The notes below the pieces were generated by a model, which worked only from the letters and a program-made list of their open reading frames with translations, made no database searches and was not told where the DNA came from. Positions 20,078 to 30,206 of a DNA stretch of 64,000 nucleotides are shown piece after piece. Origin of the DNA: Candidatus Poribacteria bacterium (GTDB taxonomy: Bacteria; Poribacteria; WGA-4E; WGA-3G); NCBI GenBank assembly GCA_965215265.1, contig OZ244048.1:3360001-3424000 (forward strand), read 5' to 3'. The translations under genes and the position numbers were made by a program. Position 1 is the stretch's first letter. Every line of letters begins with the position of its first letter.

Positions 20078-21442
20078 ATGGCGCGAGAAAAACGAAAACT
20101 TGTCTGCCAAGAGTGTGGGTATACAACGCCACGAAGTTTGGGGCGTTGCCCGTCCTGCAAAAGCTGGCAGAGCTTCGCCGAAGAGGTGGAAGTTGCGACA
20201 CCCTCTGCCTCAATGCCCCGGGGAATTGTACGGCCATTTTCCAAACCTGAGCCGATTTCACAAATTACCGCGAACGACGTGGAACGGCACCTCACGGGGA
20301 TGTCAGAATTCGATCGGGTGCTTGGCGGGGGAATTGTTCCGGGTTCGGTGATACTTATCGGTGGCGACCCGGGAATCGGTAAGTCGACGTTGTTGCTCCA
20401 AGCTAGCGACGCATTGAGTCGAAATTATGGTATGGTGCTGTATGTCTCAGGAGAAGAATCGGTTGGTCAAACGAAGCTCCGCGCAAGTCGACTTGGAGTC
20501 GTTTCAGATCAGCTTTATGTACTGTGTGAAACCAATTTGGAACAAATTGAGAAGCATATTGAGGAGCTCAAGCCGAAAGTTGTTATTATTGATTCTATCC
20601 AAACGGTGTTTTTGCCAAGCATCCAGTCGGCTCCGGGAAGTGTTACTCAGATTCGTGAGTGCACCGGACTTCTAATTACCAGTGCGAAGGGACGGAATAT
20701 CCCTATTTTTCTGGTTGGGCATGTCACGAAGGAAGGGTTGCTGGCAGGGCCACGGATTTTGGAACACATGGTGGATACAGTCCTCTATTTTGAAGGGGAA
20801 CGACACCACGTTTACCGGGTATTACGTGCGATTAAAAATCGATTTGGCTCAACAAACGAAATTGGCATCTTTGAGATGCAGAGCAAAGGACTTGTAGACG
20901 TGCTCAATCCTTCAGAACTCTTCTTAAGTCATAGAGAGGAGGAGGTTTCAGGCTCTGTTGTTGTGTCAAGTATGGAGGGCACTCGGCCATTGTTGATGGA
21001 GGTACAGTCCTTAGTTGTGCCGACAAACTATGGGAACCCGCGTAACACCGCAACAGGGGTGGATAGGCACCGTGTTGCATTGCTGATTGCTGTTCTAAAT
21101 AAACGAATTGGGATTGACATTGGCGATTCTGATGTGTTTGTGAACATTACGGGCGGGCTGCGTGTCGATGAACCGGGCATTGACTTAGGGGTACTGATGG
21201 CAATTACCTCGAACCATCGCAATATTCCTATTAATAGCCGGACCGTTGTTATCGGTGAGGTTGGGCTCGGTGGAGAAATCCGTCCGGTGACTCACGTTGA
21301 AAAACGGCTCAGAGAAGCAGCGAAATTGGGTTTTGAACGTGTCATTTTCCCTGATTATAACCGAAAGGGATTAGATATAGATGAGAAAATTGAATTGGTA
21401 GGTGTGTGTGATGTGTATGACAGCCTGAGTGCTTTAATGTAG
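20078..21442 (+). CDS. radA: DNA repair protein RadA/Sms
   Basis: C4 zinc finger, GDPGIGKST, KNRFG, Lon-like C-terminal domain. Confidence 0.97.
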   Translation: MAREKRKLVCQECGYTTPRSLGRCPSCKSWQSFAEEVEVATPSASMPRGIVRPFSKPEPISQITANDVERHLTGMSEFDRVLGGGIVPGSVILIGGDPGIGKSTLLLQASDALSRNYGMVLYVSGEESVGQTKLRASRLGVVSDQLYVLCETNLEQIEKHIEELKPKVVIIDSIQTVFLPSIQSAPGSVTQIRECTGLLITSAKGRNIPIFLVGHVTKEGLLAGPRILEHMVDTVLYFEGERHHVYRVLRAIKNRFGSTNEIGIFEMQSKGLVDVLNPSELFLSHREEEVSGSVVVSSMEGTRPLLMEVQSLVVPTNYGNPRNTATGVDRHRVALLIAVLNKRIGIDIGDSDVFVNITGGLRVDEPGIDLGVLMAITSNHRNIPINSRTVVIGEVGLGGEIRPVTHVEKRLREAAKLGFERVIFPDYNRKGLDIDEKIELVGVCDVYDSLSALM

Positions 21443-21554
21443 ATTCATGAACCGAGAAACCAAAAAACTCTAACGAGATGTGTACAGGTATCGGCATGTT
21501 AAACTGGCTTTAAATGAATTCTGGCACAAGACGTGTCCGGATTGCGAGGAAATT

Positions 21555-22604
21555 ATGAAAATTTGGGGGCTACGTTTCTTTTTTATTGCGACAAGCGTCT
21601 TAAGTTGCTACCTCGTCTATAAGAAGCCTTTTCCTGTACTTGTCGGTTTCGTCTGTGCACTTCTGCTTGTTGGTGCGGAGTTCTGCCTTCATATCCATCG
21701 GGTACGCAGTATTGCTGCCAGTCTAATAGGGCTCTTAGTCGGTTTGTTCATTGCATCTGTCTTCCTCTATATGTTGCCTACGCGGTTTATTGATAGTCTA
21801 AGGATAGCAATTCTATTAGGCGTAAGTTACTTCGGCATGCTGAGCGGTTACTATATTTCTGAAACCGGCTATTTAGGGAATCTAATGAAATCAAACGGAA
21901 AGGTTGAAACAGGCGAGAAAGTTTTGCCGGAGGTGGTAAGCACAGCAAAATCACAAAACGTTCCTACAATTTTGGACACAAGTGTTATTATTGATGGTAG
22001 GATTCTTGATATATCCAAAACAGGCTTTATTGACGGCCCGCTTATTATACCTAAATGTGTGCTGAATGAATTGCAACATATTGCTGATTCCACTGAAGTC
22101 CTCCGGCGAAATAAGGGGCGCCGCGGTTTTGATATTCTCCGTTCCCTTCAGAACAATCCTGGGATTGTTGTTGAGATAATAGATGAGCTCTTACCGCATC
22201 TACCTGAAGTGGATGCAAAACTGGTGCATCTGGCCCAAAAGCAGAACGCAAGAATTATCACAAACGATCTAAATCTGAACAAAGTCGCTGAATTGCAAGG
22301 GGTCAAGGTGTTAAATATTAACGAATTGGCAAATGCCGTACGCCCGGTTGTTATCGCAGGAGAGGTGATTCAGGTCCATCTGCTTAAAGAAGGCAAAGAA
22401 CCGAATCAAGGAGTGGGCTATTTGGATGATGGGACGATGGTTATCGTTGAAGATGGAAAGCCATATATCGGACAAACACTTGATGTTGTTGTCACACAGA
22501 TGTTACGAACAAATGCGGGACAGATGATTTTCACACGGAGAAAAGTCGATGAGATGGACACAACTGAACCGCAAAATATGCGTTCTTATTCCGGCAGCTG
22601 GTGA
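21555..22604 (+). CDS. PIN/TRAM domain membrane protein (YacL-like)
   Basis: N-terminal TMs, ILDTSVIIDGRI, ELQHIAD, TNDLNLNK, GKEPNQGVGYLDDGTM. Confidence 0.92.
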   Translation: MKIWGLRFFFIATSVLSCYLVYKKPFPVLVGFVCALLLVGAEFCLHIHRVRSIAASLIGLLVGLFIASVFLYMLPTRFIDSLRIAILLGVSYFGMLSGYYISETGYLGNLMKSNGKVETGEKVLPEVVSTAKSQNVPTILDTSVIIDGRILDISKTGFIDGPLIIPKCVLNELQHIADSTEVLRRNKGRRGFDILRSLQNNPGIVVEIIDELLPHLPEVDAKLVHLAQKQNARIITNDLNLNKVAELQGVKVLNINELANAVRPVVIAGEVIQVHLLKEGKEPNQGVGYLDDGTMVIVEDGKPYIGQTLDVVVTQMLRTNAGQMIFTRRKVDEMDTTEPQNMRSYSGSW

Positions 22605-23292
22605 AGGGACACGGCTAAAGGGTGATGTGAAGAAGCCTTATTTAAGGTTGGCACAGATGCCTATTTTGGCACATACGATTCAGAGATTTGATCAAAATAC
22701 TGCAGTAGATGGGATTTGGGTTATTGTCAATAAGGCGGATTTGGATAAATGTTACGATACTGTCATAGCACCCTATACATTTCAGAAGGTGCGAGAGTTG
22801 GTAGCAGGTGGTGCAACAAGGCAGATATCTGTCTATAACGGAATTCAGGCCTTGCCTGAAGATGTGGATTTTGTAATTGTCCATGATGGAGTCCGTCCTT
22901 TTGTGACAGACGAAATAATTTTTGAATGTCTTGAAACAGCAGCAGAATACGGGGCTGCTGTGGCTGCCGTCCCTGTCAAGGAGACGATTAAAGTCGCTAA
23001 CGAAGAATCCTTCATTGTTGGAACACCTGTGCGTGAAAAACTGTGGACGGTACAAACCCCGCAGGTGTTTCGAAAATCTCTGCTCGTTGAGGCCTATCAA
23101 GCGGCGCAAGCGCAGCAAATTATAGCAACCGATGATGCTTCACTCGTTGAACAGTTGGGCCACCCCGTTAAGTTGGTACCGGGTAGTTATTCCAACCTGA
23201 AGATAACAACACCGGAGGATTTATTCATTGCAGAAATTCTCGTGGAAAACCCTTTTTTCCTGGGTGGAGGCAATAAGGCAGCTCTGGTGTGA
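22549..23292 (+). CDS. ispD: 2-C-methyl-D-erythritol 4-phosphate cytidylyltransferase
   Basis: IPAAGEGTRL, GGATRQISV, VHDGVRPF, QTPQVF, TDDASL, NLKITTPED. Confidence 0.95.
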   Translation: MRWTQLNRKICVLIPAAGEGTRLKGDVKKPYLRLAQMPILAHTIQRFDQNTAVDGIWVIVNKADLDKCYDTVIAPYTFQKVRELVAGGATRQISVYNGIQALPEDVDFVIVHDGVRPFVTDEIIFECLETAAEYGAAVAAVPVKETIKVANEESFIVGTPVREKLWTVQTPQVFRKSLLVEAYQAAQAQQIIATDDASLVEQLGHPVKLVPGSYSNLKITTPEDLFIAEILVENPFFLGGGNKAALV

Positions 23293-23381
23293 GCGGTATA
23301 CCGTCTATAAAAATCCCGGTTTGCTCTCAGAGTATTGTCTTTAACAGCAAACACGAAAAATGTGAGGGACTAGACAAAAAA

Positions 23382-23861
23382 ATGCGAGTCGGTATCGGTT
23401 ATGACGTTCATCGACTAGTTGAAAACAGGAAATTAATCTTAGGCGGCGTTGAAATTCCATACCACTATGGCATGTTAGGACATTCTGATGCAGATGTATT
23501 GACACACGCAATTATAGATGCTATACTTGGTGCAGCAGCGATAGGGGATATTGGGACACACTTTCCAGATACTGATGCACGTTATGAAGGCATGGACAGC
23601 CTTATCTTTCTGCGTGACATTTCGGAAAAGGTTAAACACGAAGGATACAGAATTGAGAATATTGATAGCACGGTGATAGCACAACGTCCGAAGTTGGTGC
23701 CTTACATTCCACAAATGCGCATCACACTTGCGGAAATTCTTGAAATCCCCGTCGCCCAGATAAGTATCAAAGCTACAACCACTGAAGGATTAGGTATTGT
23801 GGGTGAAGGACAAGCCATTGTCGCCCAAGCTGTAGCATGCCTGCTACTACAAGGATGTTAA
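23382..23861 (+). CDS. ispF: 2-C-methyl-D-erythritol 2,4-cyclodiphosphate synthase
   Basis: MRVGIGYDVH, GHSDAD, GDIGTHFPD, KATTTEGLG. Confidence 0.96.
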   Translation: MRVGIGYDVHRLVENRKLILGGVEIPYHYGMLGHSDADVLTHAIIDAILGAAAIGDIGTHFPDTDARYEGMDSLIFLRDISEKVKHEGYRIENIDSTVIAQRPKLVPYIPQMRITLAEILEIPVAQISIKATTTEGLGIVGEGQAIVAQAVACLLLQGC

Positions 23862-24044
23862 TAGAACAATTCGGATATACCGTAGCGGCCGGGGGCAATT
23901 TTAAAACTCCTAGGTCATCGATAACTAAGGCCACGCTTGGGTAGGGAAGGAATCCCGTTGATTCTGTTAACGCCAAGAGGTATTCAGCCCAAGCCTCTTT
24001 AAGCGAATTGGGATGCACAAAAACGGAGGTCCAGCCAACGAAAC

Positions 24045-25517
24045 ATGCGAATTAAAATCTATAACTCGCTTAGCAGACAACAGGAAGACTTTGTACCCTT
24101 AAACAGCGAGGAAGTGACGATTTACAGTTGCGGCCCAACGGTTTACGATTACATCCACATGGGCAATGCCCGCACTGCGTTAGTGACTGATATTATCCGA
24201 CGCTATCTTGCGTACCAGGGCTACAACGTCAAACTGGCTCAAAATTTAACCGATATTGATGATAAGATTATCAAGCGAGCTGCGGAACTCGGCATCAGTG
24301 AGAAGCAACTCGCGTATCAGAGCGGCGAAGCCTTCTTAGAGGATTCGCAAAGACTCGGTATACAACCTGCCGACGTGCATCCTAAAGCGACTGAACATAT
24401 TCCGGAGATGATAACCCTCATCCAGAAGTTAATTGACAAAGGTGCCGCCTATGTTATTGACGGGAGTGTTTACTACCGGGTGAATTGTTTCGCGGAGTAC
24501 GGTAAACTATCACGGCGCAAGCCTGAGGATTTGCTCGCTGGTGCGCGTGTTGAAGTTGATGAACGCAAGGAGGACCCGCGTGATTTTGATATGTGGAAAG
24601 CAGTGAAACCCGGTGAACCCGCCTGGGATAGTCCTTGGGGAAAGGGCAGACCCGGATGGCATATTGAATGTTCCGCCATGGCGATGAAACACCTCGGCGA
24701 AACTATTGACATTCATGTTGCTGGAGAAGATCTGTTGTTTCCACACAATGAAAATGAAATTGCGCAAAGCGAATTAGCAACAGGCGTGACTTTTGCTCGC
24801 TATTGGGTGCATGTCGCTTTTTTGAAAATTGATGGCAGACGGATGGGCAAATCGGAACATAATTTTATTCTCCTCCGAGATGCTTTGGATCGTTATCCTA
24901 CCGAAGTCATCCGCCACTTTTTAATCTCGGCACACTACCGGCATCCGCTTGATTACAACAAAGAGAGTTTGACAAAATCCGGAGGTGCGATACGGAGACT
25001 CAACAACTGTCTGGAAACTTTGAACGCTTATAGTGGGAAAAACGGCCATGCAACAATAGATACTGCGATAGAACCCAGTGCAGCGATGAGCGAACCTGAA
25101 ACTACCGTCCTCGCTGCGATACAGCAGATGAAAATCGATTTTAAGATGTCAATGGATGTTGACTTTAATACGGCACGTGCGCTCGGTGCCATCTTCACGC
25201 TCGTCGGTATAGTCAACAGATATCTCACGACGCTTAAAACGGAGACGGATACCACTGCGGTGCTTCTTGTACAAGCACACAATGCACTGATAGAGATGTG
25301 TGGTGTCCTTGGTATCTATAACGCACAAGGCACCGGTGTTCACAGCGACAGCGCGGATACCCTAAACCAACTTATTACCTTATTGTTAGATATTAGACAG
25401 GATGCAAGACAAAGCAAGGATTGGGAAACGTCGGACAAAATCCGCGACAGGCTAAAGGAACTTAATATTGATATCCAGGATACTCGCCAAGGTACTACCT
25501 GGAAATTTATATCGTAA
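24045..25517 (+). CDS. cysS: Cysteine--tRNA ligase
   Basis: CGPTVYD..HMGNAR, TDIDDKII, GRPGWHIECS, RMGKS, DFNT, SDKIRDRL. Confidence 0.96.
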   Translation: MRIKIYNSLSRQQEDFVPLNSEEVTIYSCGPTVYDYIHMGNARTALVTDIIRRYLAYQGYNVKLAQNLTDIDDKIIKRAAELGISEKQLAYQSGEAFLEDSQRLGIQPADVHPKATEHIPEMITLIQKLIDKGAAYVIDGSVYYRVNCFAEYGKLSRRKPEDLLAGARVEVDERKEDPRDFDMWKAVKPGEPAWDSPWGKGRPGWHIECSAMAMKHLGETIDIHVAGEDLLFPHNENEIAQSELATGVTFARYWVHVAFLKIDGRRMGKSEHNFILLRDALDRYPTEVIRHFLISAHYRHPLDYNKESLTKSGGAIRRLNNCLETLNAYSGKNGHATIDTAIEPSAAMSEPETTVLAAIQQMKIDFKMSMDVDFNTARALGAIFTLVGIVNRYLTTLKTETDTTAVLLVQAHNALIEMCGVLGIYNAQGTGVHSDSADTLNQLITLLLDIRQDARQSKDWETSDKIRDRLKELNIDIQDTRQGTTWKFIS

Positions 25518-25567
25518 TATAAACTTGCAAGCGCGCGTCGAAGTGCGTAACTTTAGGAGATTAAAAA

Positions 25568-26209
25568 ATGATTTATCAACGTATTGGCTTTTTCTTTTTT
25601 TTCATCTGTTTCTCCGGAATGCTGATAGGCTGCAGTACGCTCTTCTCTGAACAAGAATGGAGTGAAAACTATGCCGTGATGGAGGGCGTGCGGTCTAGTA
25701 GTCCACAGATGATTGATGGTAAGTTGAACACTATCGGGGAGACAACGTTTCCGCAAGGTTCGCAAAACTTCTATGGCTCAAGTGCTTCCTCTGAAGTCGT
25801 GATTACGCTGCCAGAAAAAAAGATTATCCGCCGGATTGTGGTGCATTCGGATAATTTAACGGAGTTTGCCATCTATGCAGATAAAGGCACTCTCGTGACT
25901 GAAGCCGATTGGCAGCTGATTAAAGATATAAAGAGTGTAAAAAACAGACCCATCCAGATCTCTTTGCTTATACCTTTTCCAACTGAACGGCTTCGACTGA
26001 AAGTACTGGGAACCAAAGATGACGCGCTTTTGAACCGCCGACAACGGGCACGTTCTGGAGGAAGATTTTATGGAACCGGTAACCGTCGTGCACCAGGCAA
26101 AATTCGAGAAATTGAACTCTATGGCTACAAATCTACTGAACAGATGGGCGAGGAGAGAGCCTCCGATAAACGAGAAAAAGAACTTGATGATTTGTTGGAC
26201 TTAGAGTAA
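25568..26209 (+). CDS. Putative lipoprotein with a discoidin/F5-8-like domain
   Basis: Lipobox LIGC; WSENYA, IDG, final strand IREIELYG. Confidence 0.65.
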   Translation: MIYQRIGFFFFFICFSGMLIGCSTLFSEQEWSENYAVMEGVRSSSPQMIDGKLNTIGETTFPQGSQNFYGSSASSEVVITLPEKKIIRRIVVHSDNLTEFAIYADKGTLVTEADWQLIKDIKSVKNRPIQISLLIPFPTERLRLKVLGTKDDALLNRRQRARSGGRFYGTGNRRAPGKIREIELYGYKSTEQMGEERASDKREKELDDLLDLE

Positions 26210-26439
26210 CATGAACAAACATGATGCGAAGGCGGCTGATTGTCGAACGCTGCCTTTATTTACATATTAGAACTATCGGAAGCGGTAAGGCATCCTTGAT
26301 GTGAAGTACCACGCCCGAGCTCGCCAGAAATGTTTTGACCGGGACTACCCGGCCTAAAGTGTCTTAGACAAGATGGGCACGCGAAAGTTCACGCCAAAGG
26401 GGCACAAACGCTTTAATGAAGAAAAAAGGAGGTACATAC

Positions 26440-27027
26440 ATGCGTTTTGGATTACTAACGATAATCCTCTGTGGATTGGTTGGACTCTCCGGGTGTATTC
26501 TTTCATCCACCCCTTCCTACAATTGGAGTAAGAATATCGCTATTGATGCAACCAGCCAAGATACAAAGTTCCATGATGATAATATGTGGACGTTGGGAGA
26601 GACTGGCCCCATTCTCACAGCTGAGAGGGACGAAGCGTCCCAGAAGGAATCCGAGAAATTTACCGAAGCCCTGCTTGAATGGCGGCAACCACAAACTATT
26701 CAGCAAGTTGTCGTAAAAGCACCAGAGGGAGAATTGGAATTCTTTGAAATTCAGTACATGAATGAAGAAGGAAAATGGTTAACCGTGAAAAAGGTTCAGG
26801 ATAACTGGCGCGAAGTCTATAAATTTACCTTGAAGAACCCCGTTACGACAAGAAAATTCCGTTTAAAGGTGCCGCGGACTTGGGATTCACGACGCATCGG
26901 CGGTCAGAAACGTTCAACGCGCGGCGAAGGTGGTGCCCCAACCGCGAGTGAGTACAAGAAAATTCAGGAAATTGAACTCTACTATGCGCTCCCACCTGAA
27001 ACGACCGAAACCACAACAGCGGAGTAA
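26440..27027 (+). CDS. Putative lipoprotein with a discoidin/F5-8-like domain, paralog of the upstream gene
   Basis: AGGAGG RBS; lipobox LSGC; WSKNIA, KFRLKV, IQEIELYY. Confidence 0.65.
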   Translation: MRFGLLTIILCGLVGLSGCILSSTPSYNWSKNIAIDATSQDTKFHDDNMWTLGETGPILTAERDEASQKESEKFTEALLEWRQPQTIQQVVVKAPEGELEFFEIQYMNEEGKWLTVKKVQDNWREVYKFTLKNPVTTRKFRLKVPRTWDSRRIGGQKRSTRGEGGAPTASEYKKIQEIELYYALPPETTETTTAE

Positions 27028-27136
27028 GTCAGATACGCGCGGAGAGGAATCGTGAAGACGCACGAAGTGGTGGTTAAGGTAGAACTCCTTTTTGATGCCT
27101 AATCAGAAGGGAATTCTACTATTTCAGAGGCTTAAG

Positions 27137-28396
27137 ATGCTATCTAATGAAACCATAAGCCTAATTCATTTAAATTTGATTCAAGGTGTCGGACTAAAAA
27201 CCGTTCAAACTCTGCGAAAAATCTTCGGGAGTGCAGAACAGGCACTGAAGGCAACACCGGCAGAACTACACAAGGTCGAGAGCCTCTCACCTACGGTACG
27301 CGACCTGCTCATTCGCAGACCGGTCGCGTACTCATTAGAAAAGGAACTTGAACTTATCCAATCCCATGGCTGTCAGCTTGTAACACTGTATGACGAAGTG
27401 TATCCGCCCCTATTAAGGCAGATTGCCGACCCGCCTCTAATCCTTTATATCAAAGGCGAACTGAAACCTGAAGATGCCCTAAGCATTGCTTTCGTCGGTT
27501 CCAGGCAAGCGAAGGATTATGGTAGACGGATCAGCTACCAATTCAGTTACCAACTCGCGAAACGTGGTGTAACCGTGATCAGTGGGTTTGCCAAAGGGGT
27601 TGATACCCTGGCGCATCGCGGTGCACTTGAAGCCGGCGGCAGAACCGTTGCTGTAATGGGAAACGGGCTCAGTCTTATCTATCCTGCCGTGAATACTGAA
27701 TTAGCAGAGCAGATCGAACAAGCCGGTGCGTTAATTTCCGAATTTCCGATGAGCATGGAACCGATCGGGCGAAATTTTCCCCGGCGCAACCGTATCATCA
27801 GCGGTTTAAGCCTCGGTACTGTTGTCGTAGAAGCATCAAATCGGAGCGGTGCGCTCATTACCGCACGACTCGCAGCGGAACAAGGCAGAGAGGTGTTCGC
27901 CGTGCCTGGGGAAATTTTCTCTGAACTCTCAACAGGCACACACAAACTCATTAATAGCGGGGCAACGCTTATCAATACTGTGGATGATTTGATCGAGGTC
28001 CTGCCAGCAGATGCATCTAAAATGTTGGGTGCTCATCCAGCATCCGGGCACCCGGTTACTGCTCTCGAAACTTCCGAGGGTAAAGGAACCACCGGATCAA
28101 CTCCTATGCCCGAGCCTTCACAGACAGATAACTCTCTGACGAGACGGGCACAGCCTGTTTCACAATCAACTCCGGAATCTGAAAAGTCGGAACCTGTTCC
28201 GGCAGCCCCTCCACCTGATTTAACCGGGGATGAAAAAACAGTCTTCGATGCGATTGAAACTCCTTCAGTGCACATTGACGTTATCGTCCGAAAGACGGAG
28301 CTGCCTATCGGCAAGGTATCTAGTGTTCTTTTGATGTTAGAGCTCAAGGGAATTGTTCAACAGTTGCCAGGCAAACAGTTCACCAAGGATATTTAG
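27137..28396 (+). CDS. dprA: DNA-processing protein DprA
   Basis: YPPLL..IADPP, VGSR, ISGFAKGVD, FPRRNRIISGL, SGALITA, VFAVPG, C-terminal winged helix. Confidence 0.95.
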   Translation: MLSNETISLIHLNLIQGVGLKTVQTLRKIFGSAEQALKATPAELHKVESLSPTVRDLLIRRPVAYSLEKELELIQSHGCQLVTLYDEVYPPLLRQIADPPLILYIKGELKPEDALSIAFVGSRQAKDYGRRISYQFSYQLAKRGVTVISGFAKGVDTLAHRGALEAGGRTVAVMGNGLSLIYPAVNTELAEQIEQAGALISEFPMSMEPIGRNFPRRNRIISGLSLGTVVVEASNRSGALITARLAAEQGREVFAVPGEIFSELSTGTHKLINSGATLINTVDDLIEVLPADASKMLGAHPASGHPVTALETSEGKGTTGSTPMPEPSQTDNSLTRRAQPVSQSTPESEKSEPVPAAPPPDLTGDEKTVFDAIETPSVHIDVIVRKTELPIGKVSSVLLMLELKGIVQQLPGKQFTKDI

Positions 28397-28434
28397 TTGA
28401 TTTACGTTCTATTTTGCTCAGAGAGTTAAAAACC

Positions 28435-29915
28435 ATGAAAAATGCACTCTATTTCGGGGATAACCTCAAGGTCATGCGAGAAATGTCAACGGGTAGTTAC
28501 CATCTCTGCTACCTCGATCCACCGTTTAACAGCGGCCGCAACTACAATATTTTTTTAGCTGGTTCTAAAGCGCAACGAAAGGCATTTGGCGATATCTGGC
28601 AGTGGGACGATGCGGCTCGCGAAAATCAGTCAGCGGTTCTGCACTACGATGGGCAACACCCGGAGTTGGTTGAGGTAATGGATAAGTTGTCAAACTGTTT
28701 AAAAGGAATTAACAAATTTTTAAGGGGGGGGGTAAACAAGAAGAATCCATGCGTGCCTATCTCGCCTTCATGGTGTCACGTTTGGCAGAGATTTGGCGGT
28801 TATTGAAACCCAACGGTAGCGTCTATCTACACTGCGATCCGCACGCGAGTCATTATCTGAAAATACTTATGGACGTGATTTTTGGTGCTGAAAATTTCAG
28901 AAATGAGATTGTATGGTGCTACACTGGTCCCGGTTCCCCGAAGATGCGGCAATTCAACCGCAAGCACGATAACATTCTCTGGTATTCTAAAGGGAAAACG
29001 TGGACCTTCAATAAAGACGATGTGCGGATACCCCACAAAGGCGGAAAACCGCATGCAGGTGGATTCACCGGAGGCAGAAGATCTATTGGAGATCCGTATT
29101 ATGAACAGACAGGGAAAATTCCTGAAACATGGTGGACAGATATAGCAGTTGCGGTTCGTTCTTCCAAGGAACGCCTCGGTTATCCGACGCAGAAGCCGTT
29201 AAAGCTGCTGGAGCGCATCATTAAAGCCTCATCCAACCCTGGAGACATCGTCTTAGATGCGTTTTGTGGCTGCGGTACGGCCTTGGACGCTGCACATGGG
29301 TTATCTCGACACTGGGTAGGCATCGACTTAACCGTGCTTGCGTTAGAGCCGATGGAGCGAAGGCTTCGCGAACGTCATGGCCTTCGTCCGAAAACGGATT
29401 ATCAGATTGAAGGTTACCCGACAACGCGTCAGGATGCACTGCTTCTTGCCAAGCAAAACCCGAACGATTTTGCAAATTGGGCAGTCACTCGATTGGGCCT
29501 CACGCCAACGCCAAATAGCAACGACGGCGGATTTGATGGCACTGGGAAAATTGTGCTGTGGGAGAGTGGCCACCTCCTACAACATGAACAGGCGAAGTTG
29601 CCGGTCATCGCTGAAGTGAAATCAGGTAAAAGTTTAAATCCGGGTCAAGTGCGTGCCTTCCGGACGGCGATGCGGGATAACGGGGCAGCTATTGGGATTT
29701 TCATTACACTCCATCCTGTCACACGCGGCATCAGGAACCTCGCGGAAGCAGAGGGATATATCACACACAACGGGAAGCAATATTCGAGATTACAGTTCTG
29801 GCAGATAACAGATATCTATTTTGAAGATGGCACTATTCCTATTCGCTTACCGTGGCAGCTTGACGAGCGGCCAAAGGCAGAAACGCATTATGGTGGTGAA
29901 CAAATTTCTTTTTGA
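28435..29915 (+). pseudogene. Amino (N6A/N4C) DNA methyltransferase fused to an Mrr-like PD-(D/E)xK domain, split by a frameshift at a G9 tract
   Basis: ORF1 has LYFGDNL and catalytic YLDPPFNS; ORF2 has YLHCD, YPTQKP, SAM-binding LDAFCGCGT and C-terminal DGGFDG...AEVKSG; G10 or G7 at 28724-28732 would join the frames. Confidence 0.85.
28724..28732 (+). repeat. Poly-G9 homopolymer at the methyltransferase frameshift
   Basis: TTTTAA GGGGGGGGG TAAAC, read directly. Confidence 0.9.
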
Positions 29916-30206
29916 TACCGTACCTAGATAAGTGGATAGCAGCTAAGCGTGCTTTGGTGAGATGAGCACACGAACGTTCAGACCTGCCGCATGAATCTGA
30001 TTATAGGATGCCCCGGATTCTGATTTGATTCCGCTATGAATACCTGAAATCAACGGTATCAGTGTGAAGGCATTCGGCGGCGTTGATTCGGAATGCCATG
30101 CGTGCATTCCACCTTGATTTAAGGTCCTGAACGCTTTAATCTACGAAAAAAGGAGGCAGCTTGCTTCTTATTCTTTCTATAGGAGGCGCTTACCGCTAAC
30201 GATACC

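Noticed and set aside
23862-24044. T-box riboswitch before cysS
   Set aside because: No T-box consensus and no terminator/antiterminator with a U-tract
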